Counted from the stretch's first letter, positions 21,367-32,084 are shown. The stretch: DNA of 39,820 nt from Leidyana gryllorum EB-2025a (GCA_048772705.1 JBLWGC010000062.1:1-39820), one strand, 5' to 3'. Notes: generated by a model not told the origin, from the letters alone. Numbers and translations: made by a program.

Positions 21367-21438
21367 TTTCGAGACCGGGAATCGAACCCGGGTCTTCCGC
21401 GTGACAGGCGGAGACACTAACCACTATACTGACTCGGA
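21367..21438 (-). tRNA. trnD: tRNA-Asp(GTC), acceptor mismatches
   Basis: Anticodon and T arms intact. Confidence 0.68.
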
Positions 21439-21529
21439 CGCTCCGAACACGCCGGCCTCCAATCCCAGAAGTCTTTCTATTTCGGCTCACGGACAAAAAA
21501 CGCGTGGAGCGACGAACCAACAAGACTGC

Positions 21530-21609
21530 GGCAAGATGGCCGAGTGGTCTAAGGCGCTGTGTTCAGGCCGCAGTCCGAAAGGGCGTGGGTTCGAATCCCA
21601 CTCTTGTCA
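21530..21609 (+). tRNA. trnL: tRNA-Leu(CAG)
   Basis: Intact. Confidence 0.9.
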
Positions 21610-21658
21610 GCCGTTGTATCGGCCCTCGGTCAGCCACTGGATGCAATAGGTCTTCCAT

Positions 21659-21964
21659 TGGTTTGATAGGCGGAACATCCGCCGAGTCGCTGGTTCCGTC
21701 CCTAGTTGGATGCATTGGGTCCATAATCTATACTGATGGCTAATCTGGGTATTCTGAAGTTGGGTTTTGGTCTGGTAGGTGCCCGTAATTGAATTAGTTG
21801 TATTGGAATGTAATGAAAAATGAATAATAAAAACGTGTGTGTCGTGCTCGTGTCTCCCTTAACCAGGCTGGCACGTAGATCTAGCTTAACCTAAAGGCCT
21901 TAGGCCGTCATTGACTCTGGGGCTTAACTGAAAGAATGCAGATCAGGTTCAAAATGACGCATCA
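21659..21964. mobile_element. 306-bp solo LTR-like insertion
   Basis: TG...CA termini; TSD TCCAT (21654-21658, 21965-21969); empty site in paralogs at ~11396 and ~16330. Confidence 0.85.
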
Positions 21965-21988
21965 TCCATGTAGAGCGGATGAGCGGAT

Positions 21989-22061
21989 GGGCGGCTAGCT
22001 CAGACGGTAGAGCGCTAGCTTCGCATGCGAGAGGTACTGGGATCGATACCCAGGTCGTCCA
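21989..22061 (+). tRNA. trnA: tRNA-Ala(CGC)
   Basis: One anticodon-stem mismatch. Confidence 0.78.
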
Positions 22062-22176
22062 AAGTACGTACGGCTGCACGTGGCGGGATCCAAACAAACT
22101 TCCATCTTTGAAGGGTCGCAGACCACAAGTGCCATTGGCACACCAGCGCACTCAGTGTTTAGTGTGCCTCTGAAAC

Positions 22177-22249
22177 CGGTCCTGGCAGGTTTCGAACCTG
22201 CGACTTTGTGGTTAACAGCCACACGCTCTGCCGACTGAGCTACAAGACC
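22177..22249 (-). tRNA. trnN: tRNA-Asn(GTT)
   Basis: Intact. Confidence 0.92.
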
Positions 22250-22366
22250 CAGCTACAATGGTTCAGAGGTTAGTATAGAGATCCTCCTTTTTCTACAACA
22301 GGATTCTGCAACCACGTCTTGTCAAGAGGGTACGGCTTCCGGCTAAAGCTGCAGCTGAGGAAGTTG

Positions 22367-22440
22367 TCCACTGTAGTCTAAGTGGCTAGGATATGCGGCT
22401 CTCACCCGCACGATCCGGGTTTCAAGTCCCGGCAGTGGAA
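22367..22440 (+). tRNA. trnE: tRNA-Glu(CTC), +1 nt in T-loop
   Basis: Cloverleaf. Confidence 0.78.
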
Positions 22441-22516
22441 GTCATTGAAGTACTCGAGCAAAGTGCTCCACTAATCTCCGTCAGTAGCCATCGTTTCGTT
22501 ATCTCCAACTTACATT

Positions 22517-22588
22517 GCCTTCTTAGCTTAGGGGCAGAGCGTTCGCTTCGTAAGCGAGAAGTCGCCGGTTCGATTCCGGCAGATGGCT
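22517..22588 (+). tRNA. trnT: tRNA-Thr(CGT)
   Basis: TT CGT AA loop. Confidence 0.78.
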
Positions 22589-22654
22589 TTGTTGCATCGA
22601 TAGGCTTAAGAGGAATGGCTGTCACCACGTACAAGATTCACAAGATCGTGTCCT

Positions 22655-22722
22655 GCATCTGTGGTCTAGTGGAAGAGTCGCTCGCTGCCATCGAGATAGC
22701 CTGTGTGCGATTCCCGACTGCA
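22655..22722 (+). pseudogene. trnG: tRNA-Gly(GCC), decayed
   Basis: Paralog of 29031 and 32813. Confidence 0.65.
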
Positions 22723-22766
22723 AAATGGTAGCATGATGAGTTTGTCGGCGGTTTCGATTCCGACCG

Positions 22767-22839
22767 TGGGAGTGGAGCGGATCGAACTCTCGACTTCAGG
22801 ATTATGAGACCTACGCGCTACCGACTGCGCTACACTCCC
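22767..22839 (-). tRNA. trnM: Elongator tRNA-Met(CAT)
   Basis: Cloverleaf; one T-stem mismatch. Confidence 0.8.
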
Positions 22840-22915
22840 CCTCCGACTTTCTCCGAGGAATCACCCGAACCCAGAACCATGCTGCCAGGCAGGTTGGGTC
22901 AAGATACAACAAAGC

Positions 22916-22987
22916 GGGCTGTTTTGGGAATGGAACCCAGGACTTCTTCCACCCGACGGAAGAATCATACCACTAGACCAAACAGCC
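22916..22987 (-). pseudogene. trnP: tRNA-Pro(CGG), decayed
   Basis: T-loop TTCCA. Confidence 0.68.
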
Positions 22988-23075
22988 GCCTGTCATTCGT
23001 GCAACCCGCTGAAGACAGTTTAAAAAGTGGTCATCCTATGTTGAGAACCAACAAATGCGATGGAGTCCGCACAAC

Positions 23076-23148
23076 GGGCGACTAGCTCAAATGGTAGAGC
23101 GCTCGCTTAGCATGCGAGAGGTACTGGGATCGATAGCCAGGTCGTCCA
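23076..23148 (+). tRNA. trnA: tRNA-Ala(AGC)
   Basis: Cloverleaf; one T-stem mismatch. Confidence 0.8.
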
Positions 23149-23266
23149 AAGTACGTACGGCTGCACGTGGCCGGATTCAAACCCATCGTTGTCATCTTTG
23201 AAGGGTCGCGAACCACAAGTGCCATTGGGAGAGCACCGCAGCCAATGTCTAGGGTGCCTCTGAATC

Positions 23267-23340
23267 CGGTTTTGCTAGGTTCCGGACCTGCGAGCTTGTC
23301 ATCAAAAGCCACACGCTCTGCCGACTGAGCTCACAAGACG
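23267..23340 (-). pseudogene. trnN: tRNA-Asn, decayed
   Basis: Occupies the Asn slot of the Ala-Asn-Glu cassette. Confidence 0.6.
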
Positions 23341-23451
23341 CCTTACAATGTTGCAGAGCTTAGTAGAGGGACCCTCCACTTTCTATTGCAACCCCTTTGT
23401 TGTAGGTTGACCCGACGGACCACGTCTTGTTGACCTCAACTGTGGAATTTG

Positions 23452-23524
23452 TCCACTGTAGTCTGAGTGGCTAGGATATGCGGCTCTCATCCGCATGATC
23501 CGGGTTCAAGTCCCGGCAGTGGAA
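23452..23524 (+). tRNA. trnE: tRNA-Glu(CTC)
   Basis: Cloverleaf. Confidence 0.82.
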
Positions 23525-23617
23525 GCTGCTCGAGCGAAGTGCTCCAGTAATCCCCGTCAACAGGGAGGGGAGCCACTTAAAATGTCAGGCTATCGGGTTT
23601 TGTGTCCTTGCATTCCT

Positions 23618-23690
23618 GCCGCCCTAGCTCAGTCGATAGAGCGCAAGACTCTTAATCTTGCAGTCGCGGCTTCGAGCCCCGCAGGCGGTG
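23618..23690 (+). tRNA. trnK: tRNA-Lys(CTT), slightly decayed
   Basis: D-loop GA and T-stem mismatch. Confidence 0.68.
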
Positions 23691-23750
23691 TGGATCTATG
23701 CCCCTGGGAGTAAGAATGGAACTGTTGCCTACAAGCACACGCAGCTGGAT

Positions 23751-23823
23751 TTCCACTGCTGGGACTCGAACCCGGATCGTGCGGGTGAGAGCCGCATATC
23801 CTAGCCACTTAGACTACGGTGGA
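23751..23823 (-). tRNA. trnE: tRNA-Glu(CTC)
   Basis: Cloverleaf. Confidence 0.8.
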
Positions 23824-23832
23824 CAACTCCCT

Positions 23833-24646
23833 TGTTATTTGCCGTGCTCCCACTCTCCAGAACGATGGCTTGTCGTCCGAACCCTTCGTCCCGGGTATTC
23901 TGGAGGGCATAGTTGGAAGAAATATTTCATGCATTGCGGACGAGCCGCACACGGAAAAGACAACACGAGGACTACCTGAGTCTTCCGGGGAAAAGACTTC
24001 TTGTATCCTGTTGTTGTAGAACTCTGACCGTCGCTCCTGTGTCCGTGTCCTCTCGCCGTCCGCTGCGACTCTACGCTGGCGTCGTCCAGCCTAGGGCTGT
24101 CCAACTGAGTAGTAGCTGTAGCCGTAGCGTCGAGCCAAAACCCAATACCAGCTAGAGTCCGGACCGTAGTCGGGTCGTCGAGGCGCACGTCCTGAGGGCG
24201 AGGTAGAGTACGCCGGGAGGTGACTGTAGAGGCCAAGGGTCGTAGTCGGGACGGTAGCGTGTGGTAGCGGGCGTGTGTGTAGGTCGTAGTAGGGCACGGG
24301 CGTGGTAGTGGGAGCAGGGATTCCGTAGGTGATAGGTCGTCCCCCTTTTCAGAGGTACTCCCTATATAAGTGCCAAATATGTAGGGAAGTATCCAGATGG
24401 ATGTTCATCCCACTGGCGGAATCACGTAGAGTCAGAATCCGGAACCCGATAGTGAGGCACCCGATAGTTATGGGACACACTCATAGGTTGAACGGGGACT
24501 CGGAGTCGAGCCTGCTGATCCACTCGCCCTACGACAGCACTACCACCCTAAGCTTAGCTCTTCCGCTGATCAGTTCATGTTCTTGATCAGTTCATGTTGC
24601 TTGTGCTACCTTGAATCCGGTCGTACGCCCGACTGCGGATATAACA
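23833..24646 (-). mobile_element. 814-bp solo LTR
   Basis: TGTTAT...ATAACA termini; TSD TCCCT (23828-23832, 24647-24651); empty site at ~15945; shares a TATA-region motif with LTR 29560-29958. Confidence 0.9.
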
Positions 24647-24787
24647 TCCCTCAGCTGCAGCTTAAGCCGAGAGCCATACCCTCTTGACAAGACGTGGTCG
24701 GTCGGGTCAACCTACAACAAAAGGGTTGCAGAATTCTGCAGTAGAAAGTGGATGGTCTCTCTACTGACCTCTGAAGCATTGTAAGGG

Positions 24788-24860
24788 GGTCTTGTAGCTC
24801 AGTCGGCAGAGCGTGTGGCTGTTAACCACAAAGTCGCAGGTTCGAAACCTGCCAGGACCG
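24788..24860 (+). tRNA. trnN: tRNA-Asn(GTT)
   Basis: Intact. Confidence 0.92.
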
Positions 24861-24923
24861 GGTTCTGCGGCACCGTACTCTCCTGACGGTATTTAAATAC
24901 CGGCAGTTGCAGACTACGAAGTT

Positions 24924-24996
24924 TGGACGACCTGGGCATCGATCCGAGTAGCCCTCGCATACTAAGCGAGCGCTCTACCATCTGAGCTAGTCGCCC
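24924..24996 (-). pseudogene. trnA: tRNA-Ala body with AGT anticodon
   Basis: AGC>AGT plus T-stem mismatch. Confidence 0.7.
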
Positions 24997-25084
24997 GCTG
25001 TCCAGACCCCATCGCATTTTTTTGGTTCTCAACATCGTATGATCACTCTTTGGACTGTATTCAGCGGGTTTCACGACCGACAGG

Positions 25085-25156
25085 GGCTGATTGGTCTAGT
25101 GGTATGATTATTCCTTAGGGTGGAAGAAGTCCTGGGTTCGATTCCCAGAACAGCCC
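25085..25156 (+). tRNA. trnP: tRNA-Pro(AGG)
   Basis: TT AGG GT loop; two mismatches. Confidence 0.75.
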
Positions 25157-25215
25157 CGTTGGTTGTCGGTTGACCGGACGCTCGCTTTCGTCCAAAGCTG
25201 CAGCTGAGGAAGTTG

Positions 25216-25288
25216 TCCACTGTAGTCTAAGTGGGTAGAATATGCGGCCCTCACCCGCACAATCCGGAGTCAAGTCCCGGCAGTGGAA
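25216..25288 (+). pseudogene. trnE: tRNA-Glu(CTC), decayed
   Basis: U33 and T-loop mutated. Confidence 0.68.
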
Positions 25289-25364
25289 GTCCTTGGACTA
25301 CTCGAGCAAAGTGCTCCAACAGTTTCCGTCACTAGGGACTGATGCGTGATCTCCAGCTAACATT

Positions 25365-25436
25365 GCCTTCTTAGCTTAGGGGCAGAGCATTCGCTTAGTA
25401 AGCGAAAGGTCGCCGGTTCGATTCCGGCAGAAGGCT
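25365..25436 (+). tRNA. trnT: tRNA-Thr(AGT)
   Basis: Intact. Confidence 0.9.
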
Positions 25437-25582
25437 CGACTGCATCGACTGGGCACCTGCAAGCTTATCGCTAAACTCCCATCATCGTAGCTGAGCCTCG
25501 TAGCTCAAGTCGTCAGAGGGTAAGTCTCTTAGCCACGAAGCCGCAGGTTTGGATCCTGCCACTACCTGAGGCACCCACACGG

Positions 25583-25654
25583 GGCTGTTTGGTCTAGTTA
25601 TATGATTCTTCCTTCGGGTGAAAGAAGTCCTGGGTTCGATTCCCAGAACAGCCC
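25583..25654 (+). pseudogene. trnP: tRNA-Pro(CGG), D-loop GG lost
   Basis: Pro body. Confidence 0.7.
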
Positions 25655-25753
25655 GTCTGATAGTTGTTGACTCAATGCCACGTCTCTCCAAGATCGGCTA
25701 CTATACGCGGCTTCCACTCGTACAATCCCGAATGAAGTCCAGAGAGCTGAGAC

Positions 25754-25826
25754 AGACGCTAATGGGACTCGAGCACACAATCCCCAGTTCCGTGGACCGA
25801 TGCCACATCCATTGAGCCATACCGCC
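25754..25826 (-). pseudogene. trnR: tRNA-Arg(ACG), decayed
   Basis: Paralog of 19913. Confidence 0.68.
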
Positions 25827-25913
25827 GATCAACGGGGGCGTTAAATGAGAGTGTGTTGCGATCAAGCGTTGTCGACTCGGCAAGAGTTTCCATCCAAGAC
25901 ACCGGAGACATAC

Positions 25914-25984
25914 TGTCGGAGCAGGAATCGAGCCGGGGTTTGCACGGCCACAACGTGCTGTCCTGAGCACTAGACGACTTGGAC
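25914..25984 (-). pseudogene. trnH: tRNA-His(GTG), decayed
   Basis: Anticodon arm intact, D-loop and acceptor mutated. Confidence 0.68.
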
Positions 25985-26109
25985 AATCTTCAGGTGAGGC
26001 TATAAAGGTAGTGAAGGTCACTTAGGATGGGATCCAACAGGAGCATCAGATGAAGTGCGTGGCGATCGCAACACACTCCCACTCCGGGTGGGAGGGAAGC
26101 GGACCGCCA

Positions 26110-28600
26110 ATGATCAGTTCGTACATTGTCGCTGTCCTCCTGGTGAAATGGTTTTAGTGGTGATACATGGAAAATGTTGTAGATAGGCCAGCTATCTATT
26201 AACTCCAGTTCATATGTGTCATTGGGTCCGAGTTCTTTGATCCTGAACGGTCCTACAAAAGGTCGCACCAGCTTGTTCTTGGGGATGTGAAGCAGATTCT
26301 TGGTTTTGAGAAGAACCCAGTCATTTGTATTGAAAACTACATCCTGGCTATGTTGGTCTACCTGGCACTTTTGTGTTTCCGTGGCCTCCTGCAATCGATC
26401 ATGGCCCTCTTGTACCTTCTCTAGATGGGTCTTGATTCCCTTGATGTCTTGCGTTAGCCAATGCAGGGGACTATGTTGGTTTCGACCGGTATCTATCTCC
26501 ATGGTTGTTGCTCTAGTCGATGTCTGAGGGGCTGTGTTGTATGCGACTTCCACTGCTGTTAGATAATTCAACCACTGATCATTAACGCCGTCCATCGTCG
26601 TCCGTAGGATTTGTAGGATCGATCGGTTGGCGCGTTCCGTGAGCCCGTTGGATTGTGGTCGGTATGTCGTTGTCATAGCTAAGTTGGTTCCTAGACCTTC
26701 CTTAATTTGTTGCCACATCTCGGAGATAAACCTGGGGTCTCTATCTGATATTATCTTCTCTGGGATGCCGTGTATTTTGACTATGTTGTCGATGAATAGT
26801 CTTGCGGCTTCTGCGGCTGTGATGTTCTTGGTACATGGGGTAAGTCTAATGCGCCTGCTTGCTCGGTCCACAACAACCATGATGTAGTTCAGTCCTGAAG
26901 CAGAGTCCGTCGGCATTTCTAAGAATTCTATTCCGATGTGCTGCCATGGGAATAGGGGGTTCTCTATTGGGTGCAACAGGCCTGCTAGTTTCTGGGTTGT
27001 GTGCTTCGCTAGTTGGCATTCTCGACAATTCTTGCAGAAGTGGGCTACGTCTGCTGCAATCCCGCGCCAGTTGAAACTTGACCGTAGTCGTCCGAGTGTC
27101 TTCTCAGGGCCAAAGTGTCCTGCTAATCTTGAGCTGTGGTGCTCCTTTATCAAATCCATGATGATGTCGGGGTCTGGTGGTACAATAACGCAGCCATCCT
27201 CATCGATTGGTATCCCGCGGATCCATTGTTTCGTCTGCATCTGCGTGGCAAGGTCCTTTTTCCCTGTCCAGCTAGTCCTCAGTCGTTCCTCCAGTGGTTG
27301 GTGGGTTCCGTGAATCGCCCAGCATTCCTGTTCTTGAGTCTGCCCCTTGGTGGTCTGCTGAGTAGGTCGGCTATGATATTGTTGCTCCCTGGTAAGTATC
27401 GGATGTGAAGGTCGAACTCGGCCATAGTAATGAGCCACCTTGCTTGTCTGTCGGTGATGTGGTTCTGGCTCATCAGGTAGGTTAGGGGTTTATGGTCTGT
27501 GCTAATGACAACTTTTCGCGCTGGTAGTAGATGTCGCCAATGCTTGAGGCTCTTCACAATAACCAACAGTTCGCGTTCAAGCGTCGGGTATCTTGATTCG
27601 GGTCCTGACAGTGTCTGAGAATAGAACTCGATTGGTCTTGGTCCGGCGGGCTCTTTCTTTTCCAATACCGCTCCGATTGCGTGGATGGATGCGTCCGTAG
27701 TCAGGTGTAGTTCACTTGCATCCGGGTTGGGGTACCACAGTTCAGGTGAGTCAACTAGCTCTGCTTTGAGTTGGTTCCATCCATGTGTGATTTCATCTGT
27801 TTTGTGATGGATCGGCTGGGCGTTTCAATCCTTTGGTGGCTTGCTATCGTGGGTGTGCTACGCTTGCGAAGTTCGGGATGAAGCGTCTATAGAAGTTGAA
27901 TAGTCCTAGGCCTCGCTGCATTCCGCGCAGAGTAGTTGGTACTGGCAGTGTTTTGAGAACTTCAACTTTATCCTGTAGCGGTGTTATTCCTGTGGCCGAC
28001 ACGTGGTGTCCGATATACTGGATTTCTGACTGGTAGAAGTGAGATTTGCGTTTGTGCGCAATCAATTGGTGCTTGTCTAGCCGGTCCAGTACCACTCGGA
28101 GATGCTCGGTATGCCCTTCTTCTGACTGAGAATGAATGAGGATGTCGTCCAAGTATACGAAGGCGAATACTCCTATGATGCCCTCCAGAACCTTCTGCAT
28201 TAGTGCCATGAATGTTGATGGTGCGTTGCACAGACCATTTGGCATGGCTACCCATTCGTAGATTCCCCATGGTGTTGCGAACGCTGTCAGATGTCGACTG
28301 TCCGGTTCTACTTGAATCTGATAGTATCCTGATTTCAGGTCGATGAGCGAGAACACAGTGGCTCCTCGGAGTCCAGATAGGCCATCCTCCATCCTGGGGC
28401 AGCATTCAGACTTCGATAATCACATACTAATCGGGGGATACTAGTATCTTTCTTGGGTACGAACATGCATGGTGCTGCCCATTCTGATTGGCTCGGAGCG
28501 ATCAGTCCTTCGTCGAGTAATTCACCGATTTGGCCCCTCATTTCGTTAAGCCACTTCTGTGGTATCCAATATGGTGTTCTAGCCACCGGAGTTTGGCCTT
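26110..28600 (-). pseudogene. pol: Ty3/Gypsy pol fragment (RT, RNase H, integrase), no LTR
   Basis: RLVCDYRSLN; IDLKSGYYQI; YLDD; TDHKPL; HHSSRLAGH...CKNCRECQ; IISDRDPRF; NGLTERANR; GPF; FHVSPLKPF. Confidence 0.92.
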
Positions 28601-28914
28601 GTCGGTAGCATTCGGGGAGAGCACAACTGCTTCAATGGTTAAGGGAGGTTTTCGCCCGACTCAAACCCAACGCTCTACGCTTACCGCTATAAACAACAGC
28701 CAGTCAGAATATTTCAGAGGTTAACAGAGAGACCCGTGTTGCATGTGTAGTTGAGTGTTTACCTCAACCCTGCGTTTTTTCGGTCACTTAAAGGGTGAGC
28801 TTAATAAGTTTCAAGTTCGCGGTCGAGCGCCGGCCCAACCAGGCGGGTGTGTTGTTGATGGAGCATCCATGCGCCCTTTTGACAGGAGGAGATGCATCGA
28901 GAGAAGTGTCACCA

Positions 28915-29239
28915 GGGAGTGTAGCACAGTCGGTAGCGCGTCGGTCTCATACTCCTGAAATTGAGAGTCGATCCTCTCCACTCCCAGGGTCGGAATCGGA
29001 ACGGCCGACAAACTCATCATGCTGTCGTTTTGCATCTGTCGGGAATCGCACACGGGTTATCTCGATGGCAGCGAGCGACTCTTCCACTAGACCACAGATG
29101 CAGAACACGATCTTGTGAACCTTGTACGTGGTGACAGCCATTCCTCCCAAGCCTATCGTGCATCAAAGCCTTCTGCCGGAATCGAACCAGCGACCTTTCA
29201 CTTACAAAGCGAATGCTCTGCCCCTAAGCTAAAGAAGCA
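28915..29239. pseudogene. Decayed Met(CAT) (+, 28915-28986), Gly(GCC) (-, 29031-29101), Thr(TGT) (-, 29167-29239)
   Basis: Inverted copy of the Thr-Gly-Met cassette at 22517-22839. Confidence 0.75.
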
Positions 29240-29559
29240 CTCCTTGTCTCGATTTATATGAGGGTTGATGCTCGGAATTGTATTATTTCTGTCTACCACA
29301 TCGCACACGATTGCTGGATTCTGCAGTGTGGTGCGCTGTAGTAATCGCTGTGGCTGATGGTCACAACTTCAATCTGTGTCGAAACATGCATTTCATTGGT
29401 GTATGTTGTAACCCCAAGTCGCTACTCAAGGGGAACGAGGCCCAGTTCTCATCTCTGCATACTTGCGACCACAGGTCAGACTTAGAACCAACGTGAGTCT
29501 TTTGACCGACAAGTCAACCACGAATATGTCGCACACGACGGAGCAAGACAACTACGACT

Positions 29560-29958
29560 TGTTGTACCAACTACAAAGTTGTCTTAGGCCGCCTCTTGCC
29601 TAGTCCAACTTTGACTTAGCCAACTCTGCTCTTCCTGTCTCTCTCACTTCACCCATGTGCCAGTCCCTCTTGCGGAGCCTCGCGCTGGATACACGCGGTA
29701 AGCTCGACTCGACCACCACACTCTGGTCATTCATTCCAGTGTCTGCACAGTTAGACTAGGGGACATGAGCCTTTCAGCCTTAGTAGTAGTTGCTTTACGT
29801 TCGTTAATAATGCCTTTTCACCATCTTATACATGCTCCTGTATAAATGCAAAATATGTAGGGAAGTATCCATGGATGTTAATTCGATTGGAAATTTCACC
29901 AAGTCGAATCTGGCAACCCGATTGGAAGTTGACCATGAGGCAAACACGAACTACAACA
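29560..29958 (-). repeat. 3' LTR (399 bp) of a Gypsy remnant
   Basis: TGTTGTA...TACAACA termini; purine-rich GAGGAGGCGGCG upstream on the - strand; second copy at 6885. Confidence 0.8.
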
Positions 29959-30960
29959 CACGCCGCCTCCTCGGGAAAGGCATCGTCCCTGATGACTAAG
30001 AGAATAGCCTTTGTCTCTTGTTCGGCAGGTATACTACTACTTGCGGCAAAGGTCTATGGCGGCGACGTGTCCTTACGCCCCTTGCGGCTCTATCGACATG
30101 CCACTTCTCTTCATACTCCCGTACCAACACGGGGTATGCGTGAAGTCTATCGCCGGGTAACCAAGTCAGGCCTTTCTAGGTCTTGCCTTGCCATTTGACT
30201 TGGGAGTGCTCATCGCGGTTGACGCTACTTAGTGATCTTCTGAGGAACGGATGACTCGGCCTCAGCTTCTTCACGGTGGTGTTGACGTAACCTCACTTCT
30301 CGCCGGTGCCTTGACGTACGGAGCGATGCACCATCGTCTTCGTCTAGGGACACTGCTTGCTGCGGTGGCGGCGCTTTTGGAACTGTCGTTTCCAATGGAT
30401 GCATTTCTCTATAGTGGCGGGTGGTTGAATCTCTGGCGCCTCAGTCGGCAAGAGAGTGCCTTTGCTCAACTCTCCTTCTGGCTGCCTAGTCGTGGACGTG
30501 GAGGTAACGGGACCCACAGGTTGGCAGATACTGATTCCGGAGCCTTCGCTACTTACACGCTCACGACGTTTCTGGGTCGCTGCCTCGCTACTTGTAGGAA
30601 GAGTAGAAGTCCGGTCTTCCTTAGGCTGGATCCATGTGTCCACACCAACAGGCAAGACTCGATTCACGTTTACGCGATCGAAAGTCGACTGAGACTTTTC
30701 AACTCTACACCAGGAACCGTCTTTAGACGTTTCCACCACCTTCTTTGGTGCACTTCACTTTGACGATGACTTCCTTGACGGGAAGTCGGTAAGTTATTAG
30801 TCACATAACCGAAATAGCACCCATTGCCCCACGTTGACGTTCTTCTCAAGAGCCGACTTATCGTACTGAGATTTCATTTAGTCATAGTACTTTTCCAGGC
30901 TTTGTCGTGCTCGGTGAGTGGTGTCATCAGAAAAGAGATGGGACACCGGGATGTGCATAC
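29959..30960 (-). pseudogene. Gypsy integrase C-terminus and 3' extension, decayed
   Basis: Manual translation ARQSLEKYYD*MKSQYDK...VGQWVLFR...K*SAPKKVVE...DRVNVNRV resembles the Gypsy integrase C-terminal region. Confidence 0.6.
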
Positions 30961-32011
30961 GAGATGACACCTAAGTTGCTCCTCAAGCCCCTATCGTCCA
31001 GGAGAGTGAACGACCGCTGGACGCGTACACGACGTACTTGCAGTCAGTCGTGAAAGAGTGTAAAGACCCACCCCAAGAATCGAATGAGTGTGCGCTTCTT
31101 TCACGAAATGCCCACTTCTGATCAGCACCCTGGTCCAATGCGGCTCCGTTCTCTTGGTCAAACTCAAAGTAAAGGAATTGATATTTGATTGCGATGTGGA
31201 TATTCTTCGGCCAGTGACACTTACTGTCACCAGTCCCACGACCATCGATCGAAAACTGCTGCTATGCGAAGATAGCTCCATAAAAGTGGAGGGACACCTC
31301 ACCACCACTGGGGAGATCACTGCTCCTCATTGCTACGTCGTGGCGTAATCAAAGTAAGGTTCTCGCCGGTCAAATGTCTGCCGCGGTGGCTCACCAGATG
31401 ATCAATGTTGACGAGGGGCACATTCCGGCAAAGGGTCTGACTTTGACTGCTTGTCCACGGGGTAGACTCGAAGGTGAGCTGGAAGGGGTACACAACGGCG
31501 ATGTCCAGTCGTCCAAGTATCGTGGCTTTCGGCGGGGACGACTCTGTTTTGAAAAGCGTATCAGACTTGGTCATGATAATTAACAGCGCCGTTCTCTCCA
31601 GCGGTAAAATACTTCTCAACTCGAAAGGGAAGGGGGAAGCGCACCTTCTGCTGAGGGTATAGTTGCAATCCACCATAATTAATCCTCCCGGCACCCTAGC
31701 CACGTCATAAACGGTCTCGCGTTTCGGCTCCCAATTATATTGGATCGCCTGGCCGCCAGGTGCACCCGGCCTATACCAGGTCGCGGTCGATGGACTCGGC
31801 AGGCCCAAACAGTGAACTTTGTTATACCCGACATCGATATTGTGCTGACCGAATACTGCGAAGACTTCGAAGCGCGTCACCGCTGCCGAAGGTCAGCGAT
31901 CGACGGACCTGAGGGGAATCGGGTAGTGCAAGAGTAGCGTGAACACTGTATCGAGGAAAAGGGTTGGGCGGTGGTTTGACATTCGACAGCCGCCTCCGTC
32001 AATTGCGACAG

Positions 32012-32084
32012 GGCTCGGTAGCTCAGTTGGGAGAGCGCGAGACTGAAGATCTGGAAGACCCGTGTTCGATCTACGGCCGAGGCA
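32012..32084 (+). tRNA. trnF: tRNA-Phe(GAA), some mismatches
   Basis: Paralog of 17733. Confidence 0.7.

Noticed and set aside
6597-26021. Dozens of 60-170 aa ORFs in the ORF track
   Set aside because: They are translations of tRNA genes and spacers (e.g. GFEPTPFRT, PGIEPGSS) with no protein motifs.
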